DNA of 64,000 bases from an uncultured archaeon (GTDB taxonomy: Archaea; Thermoproteota; EX4484-205; JAAOZP01): the NCBI GenBank assembly GCA_938045545.1, contig CALIBN010000024.1:15119-79118 (forward strand), written 5' to 3'. Under the pieces are notes generated by a model that ran no database searches, was not told the DNA's origin, and saw nothing but the letters and a program-made list of their open reading frames with translations. This document shows positions 56,910 through 64,000 of the stretch, one piece after another (the stretch's first letter is position 1; the number at the start of each line of letters is the position of its first letter). Position numbers and translations under genes: made by a program.

Positions 56910-59012
56910 ATGCTGTCTTTTATGTTTGTACCTTGGTCTCTAACATACTTTCTTTCTGCACTTATCGCGATCATTACTGCTGTTTACATCCTGTTTAAGA
57001 ATAGAAAATCCGTGCCGCATTTTCTGTTCTTCATGTTCGGCATTATTTCTTCATTATATCTATTTACAAATTTTCTCAGCACAATTATCCTCGACCTAGA
57101 CGTGGTTTTGAAACTATACAGATTTTCCAATTCTCTGTTTTTTATTTCATTAGCCTTGCTGCTAATCTTCATCCGTACGTTGGCAGAAAAAAGGGAAAGC
57201 TGGGTATTCCTCATCCCGCCGATGCTTATTGTTACTGCTTCCGTCTTCATTCCCTTTACCCTAGAGTGGACTGACTACGGGTGGAAAGCCTATCCAGTCC
57301 CTAGCGTAGAAGGAGTGGTTGTATTTCTTTATTTGTTCTCCTATTCCTTAATAATTGTACTTCAACTGTATGATTTGAGAAAGAAAACCGAGGTACCATG
57401 GTTGCGCAGAAAATATGGCTTTATGCTTTGGGGTGTTATCGTATTCCAAATGTTCGGCTTGATTCTTTCGAATGCCCTGCTGATAGTTTGGAGAGATATT
57501 CCGCACATAGGAGGGCTTCTCTATTTTCTTTCATTCATGTCCATTTGGTACGGCTTCCAGATAAAGCCACATAAAGAGGTGGTTTTAACACGCATGGGCA
57601 ATCCGTTGACGGATTCCTATCAGAAACTTCTTAACAAGCTGATTGACGTCGCTCCTCCGGATGAGCTTGGCTTGAAAACTATGAACCTGTTGGAGTACTT
57701 GGATAAGACTCGCCTCAGCGATGTTGTTACCTACGATAGGTTACGGGTAATTTTAAACGCGGAGAAGGTTGAGAGTCTTAACAATATTCAGGCTTTGGAT
57801 AAAACATTGGAGTATTTTGAGAGTAGAGACTGGACTCACGGGGCTGCGGACGAGTTGATGGAGGTTCTTGAAAGCATGTATTCCAGTTTAAGTTCGCCGG
57901 AGGATAAGGAGGCCTTTAAGACAGTTATTATGAATCACCAGGAGTACCTTAAGAAAACCGACATTATATACGGGTTGGCTTCAGGCGAGCTTCTGGCTTT
58001 CATCAGTCCAGACGCGTCCTTAGAGGGCTTGCCCGAGTGGGAGGCTATTCTCCGCACGTATAGGCGTCTTCTTCTGCCTGTTCGAAGGCTTATCACACAC
58101 GATCCACTCGCCCCTGAGTTCTTCAAGAAGTTGAGGAGCATGGATGTGGCGAAGCATCTTGACGTTTCGCCAGAAGGGGCGATAGGCATTGATCGCGTCA
58201 TCGCATACGTCAGGACAGTTCCTAATGGGAGGAGGTTTGAAACGATTACGGAAACATTCAATGCGCTTCTCTCAGCAGTCTTAAATCATCTGGTGAAAGA
58301 CCCCTCTCTGTTCGAAAACTATCTGGGAGTAATTAGAAGGATATTCATGCTTAATTCTGGAGTTAAGGGTGTCTGGAAGACCTATTATTCTCTGGTTGAC
58401 AGGCTGACGGTGGAAATGGGTAGGCAGCGGATAACCAGGCTTATCCGTATGGAGGACAGTGACGTCAGGGATTTGAACGCTTTTTCAGAGGCTTTCGGCT
58501 TGACGCATGATAAACTCCTCCGTAAGAAAATACTTTTAGAATACAACCCGAAATACCTTTACGAGCATTATGTGGCTAATGCTGTGCGCGAGATTTATGC
58601 GAACACTGAAAGATGCGTCATGCTTCTTAGGCCTGCGAGCGGAGTATTGTCGCAGATCCCTGCTTTAGAGAACGTTAAGATCATACCTGTGGTGACTATG
58701 GGCGCTAAGCCTGGTGAAAGCGTTTCCTTCGACGACGTTACTCAGATGATTAACGCTATCAACAGGTCTCTGGATTCCGAGATGCACACATGGATTATTC
58801 TAGACATTTCCGACATGATTCTCTCAACCAGCATGGAGCAGGCGTACGCTTTCGCCAGGCACGCGATCGAGCTTGTCTCAGCTAGGAATGCTTCAGCAAT
58901 ATTTATGCTGAACGAGCCTGCTCACGATCTAAGTGTTAAAACGGCTTTTGAAGGATTGTTTTCAACAATACTCCAGGTGGCTGAGAAACCGAGGCTTATA
59001 AAATTAGTATAG
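56910..59012 (+). CDS. 7TM (HisKA_7TM-like) membrane sensor with C-terminal DUF835/inactive KaiC-like domain
   Basis: About 7 N-terminal TM helices; C-terminal ILDISDMI...LNEPAHD...FEGLF; no Walker A. Confidence 0.7.
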   Translation: MLSFMFVPWSLTYFLSALIAIITAVYILFKNRKSVPHFLFFMFGIISSLYLFTNFLSTIILDLDVVLKLYRFSNSLFFISLALLLIFIRTLAEKRESWVFLIPPMLIVTASVFIPFTLEWTDYGWKAYPVPSVEGVVVFLYLFSYSLIIVLQLYDLRKKTEVPWLRRKYGFMLWGVIVFQMFGLILSNALLIVWRDIPHIGGLLYFLSFMSIWYGFQIKPHKEVVLTRMGNPLTDSYQKLLNKLIDVAPPDELGLKTMNLLEYLDKTRLSDVVTYDRLRVILNAEKVESLNNIQALDKTLEYFESRDWTHGAADELMEVLESMYSSLSSPEDKEAFKTVIMNHQEYLKKTDIIYGLASGELLAFISPDASLEGLPEWEAILRTYRRLLLPVRRLITHDPLAPEFFKKLRSMDVAKHLDVSPEGAIGIDRVIAYVRTVPNGRRFETITETFNALLSAVLNHLVKDPSLFENYLGVIRRIFMLNSGVKGVWKTYYSLVDRLTVEMGRQRITRLIRMEDSDVRDLNAFSEAFGLTHDKLLRKKILLEYNPKYLYEHYVANAVREIYANTERCVMLLRPASGVLSQIPALENVKIIPVVTMGAKPGESVSFDDVTQMINAINRSLDSEMHTWIILDISDMILSTSMEQAYAFARHAIELVSARNASAIFMLNEPAHDLSVKTAFEGLFSTILQVAEKPRLIKLV

Positions 59013-59057
59013 CCAACAGTCGTAAGGCTGCCTGTGGGAAGAGATTGTGTAAAGGAA

Positions 59058-60164
59058 TTACCTGGATATTTCCGCTTTTTCCAGCTCCTCGTAGAGTCCC
59101 CTGGCCCTACCATCCTCTTCGAAATGCCTCCTTATAGGCTCAACCATCTTGTCGATCACGTCCGCCACAGCGTTTTTCAGGTCAAGCGGGTGGAGGACAC
59201 CCTTAACATAAGCTGACTCCAGCTCCTCGTACGTGTGGAACTCCATGGGTCCCCCATACTTAGAGGGCCTCTCGACGCGGAAACTCTTGAATTTCCTGAA
59301 GACTATGTGTCTAGTCCAGTCTAGTACCGGGTTGTTCTCCGCAACCCTCTCAGGACAGTAGGCTGATAAAACCTTTCTGAAAATCGTCTCCCTAGAGTCG
59401 TGCACGAATATGCTTGACTCAGGCTTGCTCTTACTCATCTTCGAGCTTATTTGAACATCTATATGCTTATCCTCGTCGAAGCCCTCCGGCTCCCTAACTC
59501 CTTGAAGACCCATAAGCATGTGGTGGCTCACCACGACAGGCTTCCAGTACCCTAGTTTCGGCCCAACCTCCCTGGCGAGCATGTTAGCCCTCCTCTGGTC
59601 CAGCCCGAGCTGGCAGATGTCTGCGCCAAGCATGAAGATGTCCGCGACCTGCATCATGGGGTAGAAGTATTGGGCAACGTCTTTCAACTCTCCCTTCCTC
59701 CTCCCCATTATTGTTAACGCTCTCTCAGCCCTGGAAACCGTGGTGAGCTTAGCGACCTGTATCACGTTCCTCCAGTATTCGCTTGAGTCAACAAGCTCGC
59801 TTGCCCAGACTGTTTCAACACGGCTGAAATCAACCCCAGCGGCTTTCCAAACCTCTATGAAGTATTCGCCGCAAATCCTTATCTTCTCCAGGTCGCCACC
59901 TAGTTTCCTGTTTATCCAGGCAAACCAGTCTGCAAGGTAAAGCTTGAACCTTATTCCCGCTTTAATCAGGGGCTCGAGGAGAATCGGCCTGAAGACGCCG
60001 AAAGCGATGTGTGCAAGCCCAGAGGGCTCGAAGCCGTCGTACGCCACGGGATTCTCCTTCGTTTCTAGAAGCGTCCTAAGTTCCTCCAGCGTTACAATCT
60101 CCTCAGCTACGCTTTTAACGAGTTCAAGCCTCTCCTCTGTGTCCAAGCTGAATCCTTGGCTCAA
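59058..60164 (-). CDS. tyrS: tyrosyl-tRNA synthetase (archaeal type)
   Basis: YDGFEPSG, YPMMQVAD, GLDQR and KMSKS motifs. Confidence 0.95.
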   Translation of the reverse strand: MSQGFSLDTEERLELVKSVAEEIVTLEELRTLLETKENPVAYDGFEPSGLAHIAFGVFRPILLEPLIKAGIRFKLYLADWFAWINRKLGGDLEKIRICGEYFIEVWKAAGVDFSRVETVWASELVDSSEYWRNVIQVAKLTTVSRAERALTIMGRRKGELKDVAQYFYPMMQVADIFMLGADICQLGLDQRRANMLAREVGPKLGYWKPVVVSHHMLMGLQGVREPEGFDEDKHIDVQISSKMSKSKPESSIFVHDSRETIFRKVLSAYCPERVAENNPVLDWTRHIVFRKFKSFRVERPSKYGGPMEFHTYEELESAYVKGVLHPLDLKNAVADVIDKMVEPIRRHFEEDGRARGLYEELEKAEISR

Positions 60165-60238
60165 CTTTTGTTTTTAAACATTTTAGCATAAGCGTGTTCT
60201 CTTAAAAGATAAAAACCGGCTTTCCAATCCTTCTTAAA

Positions 60239-60703
60239 ATGCCCCTGTCAAGTAAGGACCTTGAGGCGTTTCTTGAAAACCGGAAAGTGAATTATAGGAT
60301 ATTTTTCCACGGGGAGACTTATTCTGCTGAAAAAGCCAGCAGGGAGCTTGGTGTCTGTCTGGATCAGGTTGCTAAAACCGTTGTCTTCGTCAACGAGAAG
60401 AGCGAGCCGCTTATAGTGGTTGTCCCAGGTGGACGCAGGGTTAACCAGGATAGGCTTGCGAAAGCACTCGGCTTCAAGAAACTACGGTTAGCCACTGGTG
60501 AAGAGGTTTTAAGCCATACCGGGTATGAGGCTGGGGCTGTTCCGCCGGTTGGCCACGTGAAGCAGCTGCCCGCTGTGGTTGACGAAACCCTGTTGAGCAG
60601 GGAGAAGGTTTACGCGGGGGGAGGGGCTGTTAACGCTACTCTCGAAATATCCCCCGTAGAAATCGTGAGGCTGCTTAACGCTAAAGTGATAAAGGTTCCA
60701 TAA
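60239..60703 (+). CDS. YbaK/EbsC aminoacyl-tRNA deacylase
   Basis: VAKT, TGYEAGAVPP and YAGGG motifs. Confidence 0.9.
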   Translation: MPLSSKDLEAFLENRKVNYRIFFHGETYSAEKASRELGVCLDQVAKTVVFVNEKSEPLIVVVPGGRRVNQDRLAKALGFKKLRLATGEEVLSHTGYEAGAVPPVGHVKQLPAVVDETLLSREKVYAGGGAVNATLEISPVEIVRLLNAKVIKVP

Positions 60704-60734
60704 TGGTTTAACCGGGCAACAGCCTTAAAAAGAC

Positions 60735-61367
60735 GTGAAGAGAAAAAATCGTCAGGGTGGGAGTTTGAACGTGTATGAGGCTGCTGTGAGCCGCAGAACC
60801 ATACGCAGGTTTACTCAGAAACCAATACCAATGCAGGTTTTGAAAAAGCTTTTGAACGCTGCTAGGCTAGCCCCCTCAGGCGGAAACATTCAGCCTTGCG
60901 AGTACGTTTTAGTGACTGAGAAAGATTTGCTCGAAAAGGTTTTCAACACGCTTAAATGGGCAATGTATCTCGCTCCCAAGGGTGCTCCCAGGGAGGGGGA
61001 GAGGCCCACCGCGTACGTCGTCGTCCTCGTCAATACGAGGAAGAAGCCTGAGGGTGGAGAGGTTGACTGCGCTGCCGCGATAGAAAACATGATTCTAACA
61101 GCATGGGAGGAGGGTGTTGGAGCATGCTGGATGGCTTCAATAGACCGTGAGAGGCTCAGGGAAATCCTTTCAATACCTGAGCACTGCAGGATATGTTTCG
61201 TCGTCGCCCTCGGATACAGGGCTGAGGAGCCCGTCGTCGAAGATATGAAGGGTGACGATGTTAAGTACTGGAGGGATGAGAATGGTGTTCTGCATGTTCC
61301 TAAGCGCAGGCTTGAGGACATCGTCTTTATTAACAGTTATGGAAGCAGGATAAGCATGTGGGCCTAG
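60735..61367 (+). CDS. nitroreductase family protein
   Basis: RRTIRRF, APSGGNIQP, GVGACW and VPKR motifs. Confidence 0.92.
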   Translation: MKRKNRQGGSLNVYEAAVSRRTIRRFTQKPIPMQVLKKLLNAARLAPSGGNIQPCEYVLVTEKDLLEKVFNTLKWAMYLAPKGAPREGERPTAYVVVLVNTRKKPEGGEVDCAAAIENMILTAWEEGVGACWMASIDRERLREILSIPEHCRICFVVALGYRAEEPVVEDMKGDDVKYWRDENGVLHVPKRRLEDIVFINSYGSRISMWA

Positions 61368-61438
61368 ACCTAAACTTTTGATTAAACCTTTTATACTTCT
61401 GGAACAACGAGCATTACTGTTCACGCTCTCTGTGATGA

Positions 61439-62809
61439 ATGTTGAGGGATGAGGTGTTTAGAGCGTACGACGTAAGGGGAGTGTATGGGATAGACATCGT
61501 TGAGGAGGATGCTAGGACCATAGGGTTAGCGTTCGCCTCCTATCTCGGCGGAGAGGGTAAAAGGATTGCTGTGGGCTGGGATGTGAGAAGAAGCAGCAGT
61601 AGCTTGGCCTCAGCTTTAATAGACGGCATTGTATCAACCGGCGCCAACGTCGTGAACTTGGGGCTAATACCCACCCCGATGGTCTACTTCGCCATTGTCC
61701 ATTGGAAACTTGACGGGGGGATAATAGTGACAGCAAGCCATAACCCGCCGGAATGGAACGGATTTAAACTATGTAGGGAGAAGGCTATGCTCTGCGGCTG
61801 GGGAATGGGTTTAGAGGAGGTTAAGAGGATAATCGATTCAAAGGCTTTCAGGCTTTCCTACTCTAAAGGCACCGTTGAGGATGCTAGGGAAAGAATTCTG
61901 GCGGAGTATGAGAACTACCTGCTTAACAGTTTCAAGGGAAAAGTCGGTAGTCTGAAGGTTCTAATAGACCCTGGAAACGGGTCCGGCTCAATACTTGGTA
62001 AAAACATTCTTCAAAAAGCAGGCCTGGCTGTTGACTCGATAAACGATTATCCCGATGGTGGCTTTCCCTGCAGGTCGCCTGAGCCCACTGAAGAGTCGTT
62101 AAGCGTTTTAAGGAGGAAGGTTGTAGACGAGGGGTATGATTTCGGAGTCGGCTACGACGGTGACTGCGACAGGGCTCTTTTCGTCGACGACGAGGGAAAC
62201 GTTATCAGGGGGGACATGCTGCTAGCGTTATTCGTGAAACACTTTCTCCGGGATAGGCCCGGTGAGAAGATTGTTTACGAGGTCAGCTGCTCTAAGCTAG
62301 TTGAGGAAATCGCTAGGGAGAATAGGGTGACACCTGTGCTGAGCAGGGTTGGACACGCCTTCGTGCTGGATAGAATGATGTCGGAGAAAGCGTTTTTCGG
62401 CGGCGAGATATCCAGCCACCTGTACTTCGGCGAGATATACGGCTTGGACGACGCTGTTTTCGCGACGCTTAAAGTCGCCCAGCTGCTCTCTTCAACAGGT
62501 AGAAGGCTTTCTGAGCTTGTTGCTGAGCTGCCTAAATACGAGCTTCTGAGAAAAGATTACGGTGTTCCTGACGAAATCAAGTTCCAAGTCATAAAGGACT
62601 TGATGCACCTGTTTGAAAAAGAAGGCTTTAAAACTATAACTTTGGACGGTGTTAGGGTTGAGCTTGAAGACGGCTGGTTCATCCTAAGGGCTTCAAACAC
62701 GCTTCCACAGGTTAGGCTGATAGCGGAGGCGAGGAACAAGCAAGCCTTGGAGGATATAGTTAGGTACGCGGAGTCAAGGTTTAAGGAGATTCTTGCAAGA
62801 CACGGTTAG
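61439..62809 (+). CDS. phosphomannomutase/phosphoglucomutase
   Basis: FRAYDVRG, TASHNP, DGDCDR, GEISSH and RASNT motifs. Confidence 0.95.
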   Translation: MLRDEVFRAYDVRGVYGIDIVEEDARTIGLAFASYLGGEGKRIAVGWDVRRSSSSLASALIDGIVSTGANVVNLGLIPTPMVYFAIVHWKLDGGIIVTASHNPPEWNGFKLCREKAMLCGWGMGLEEVKRIIDSKAFRLSYSKGTVEDARERILAEYENYLLNSFKGKVGSLKVLIDPGNGSGSILGKNILQKAGLAVDSINDYPDGGFPCRSPEPTEESLSVLRRKVVDEGYDFGVGYDGDCDRALFVDDEGNVIRGDMLLALFVKHFLRDRPGEKIVYEVSCSKLVEEIARENRVTPVLSRVGHAFVLDRMMSEKAFFGGEISSHLYFGEIYGLDDAVFATLKVAQLLSSTGRRLSELVAELPKYELLRKDYGVPDEIKFQVIKDLMHLFEKEGFKTITLDGVRVELEDGWFILRASNTLPQVRLIAEARNKQALEDIVRYAESRFKEILARHG

Positions 62810-62966
62810 AAAGTGCGCGAAGAAAGAGAAACGAAGTGGGTGATAAGAAGAACAAGCCAGGCTCTACATGTGAGAGGGCAAAAATGGGCCTCGAACTTTA
62901 ACACATCATTGGTATTTCGGGTAAAGCTTAACTATTCTAACTCATAACTTTCAGTGAAAGTCTGGT

Positions 62967-63827
62967 TTGCGGCTCATAACTCCCTTCGACCCTTGGCGTG
63001 GCAGGCTGTGCACCTGTCCAGAAAAATACGCGTTCTCCCCGTATGCAGGTTGTGGTCATAAGTGTGTCTATTGCTACATAACTTCATATGTCCCCAGGGC
63101 GTTTCAACCTAGGGTTAAGGAGTTTACTCTTCTGCAGCTTGAAAATGAGTTGAAGAACCTTGACAGGAGTAAGCCTATATCAGTCGCTAACAGCTCGGAC
63201 CCGTATACTCCGGGGGAGGCTCAGAACCTCCTGATGAGGGAGGTCCTCCCCATATTCATTAGGAACAGGTTTAAACTGCTAATAGTTACTAAATCAGACT
63301 TGGTGGCGAGGGATTTGGATATTCTCTCGAAGGGGAGGGTTTGCGTAAGCGTAACGGTCACGACGCTGAATGAGCGGGTTGCGAAGAGCCTTGAGCCCTT
63401 CGCCCCGCCTCCTGTCAGCAGGCTTAGGGCGATTGAAGCCTTAAGCAGAGCAGGAATACCGGCGATGATCAGGCTCGACCCGCTGATACCGGGGGTTAAC
63501 GATGATTCCGATTCTATCAGGGCAGTTCTTAAAGCAGCATCCGCAGCGGGTGTTAGACAGGTCACGACTTCAACCTACAAGGCTAAGCCTGATAATTTCA
63601 AGAGGGTCTTAACGGCTTTCCCGAAGCTGGAGGAGGAACTCAAGAGTATTTATTCACAGGGTGAACGCGTGGGCAGGTCGACATACATGTCGAAGAGGCT
63701 TCGGAAGGAGCTTATTTTGAAAGTAAGGGAGGCCGCTGAAGAGCTCTCAATGAGTTTCGCGTCGTGTAGAGAGGGTTTTCAAGACCTGAATACTGCGGAG
63801 ACATGCGATGGGTCACACATGCTTTGA
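62967..63827 (+). CDS. radical SAM protein (SPL-like family)
   Basis: PYAGCGHKCVYCY, SSDPY and VTKS motifs. The stop is supplied by an element end. Confidence 0.88.
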   Translation: MRLITPFDPWRGRLCTCPEKYAFSPYAGCGHKCVYCYITSYVPRAFQPRVKEFTLLQLENELKNLDRSKPISVANSSDPYTPGEAQNLLMREVLPIFIRNRFKLLIVTKSDLVARDLDILSKGRVCVSVTVTTLNERVAKSLEPFAPPPVSRLRAIEALSRAGIPAMIRLDPLIPGVNDDSDSIRAVLKAASAAGVRQVTTSTYKAKPDNFKRVLTAFPKLEEELKSIYSQGERVGRSTYMSKRLRKELILKVREAAEELSMSFASCREGFQDLNTAETCDGSHML

Positions 63828-64000
63828 CATTCTCCACGACCGAAGTTGGGAGATTCCCGGTTCGTCGCCCTGAGGGCTCATCCTACCGGGTTAATGGCTG
63901 TGTCAAGCCAGCCCCTGCCATCCGCGTGTAGCGCATGACCCGCTCCATAATATTCATCGCACCGTTATAGTCCGCGTTGCAGGAATGGTTGCAATGTGGA
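63824..64000 (-). mobile_element. tnpB: right end, omegaRNA and tnpB 3' end (63883-64000) of a further element copy that continues beyond the window
   Basis: Minus strand encodes PHCNHSCNADYNGAMNIMERVMRYTRMAGAGLTQPLTR*, followed by the conserved right end ending ATGTCAA. Confidence 0.9.

Noticed and set aside
1-64000. tRNA, rRNA, tnpA transposase or CRISPR array
   Set aside because: None recognised by eye; tRNAscan-SE and HMM searches would be needed to exclude them fully.

Overview
Archaeal chromosomal segment, probably from a TACK-type archaeon (crenactin plus arcadin-2, class II HMG-CoA reductase, archaeal TyrRS, KaiC/DUF835 genes, a C/D-box sRNA). It consists mostly of housekeeping and sugar or sulfur metabolism genes. 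The main signal is a family of TnpA-less IS200/IS605-like elements, of which five right ends lie in the window. The complete copy (about 5328-9906) carries a TnpB with a rearranged RuvC site and a 3' omegaRNA. It also carries a separate ~150-nt structured leader RNA with covarying stems, two inverted arrays of 11-bp repeats, a membrane-anchored winged-helix protein and a HerA/DUF87-type ATPase. Two deletion derivatives (about 10996-11535 and 51650-52587) keep ATPase fragments joined to TnpB ends, which indicates that the cargo moves with the element. In three of the five insertions the right end supplies the TGA stop codon of a host gene. Other notable items are an HTH-V4R/KaiC/GH3/7TM-DUF835 putative signalling operon and a C/D sRNA whose guide matches the 16S rRNA 3' end. 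All protein calls come from motif recognition by eye, with no database searches.
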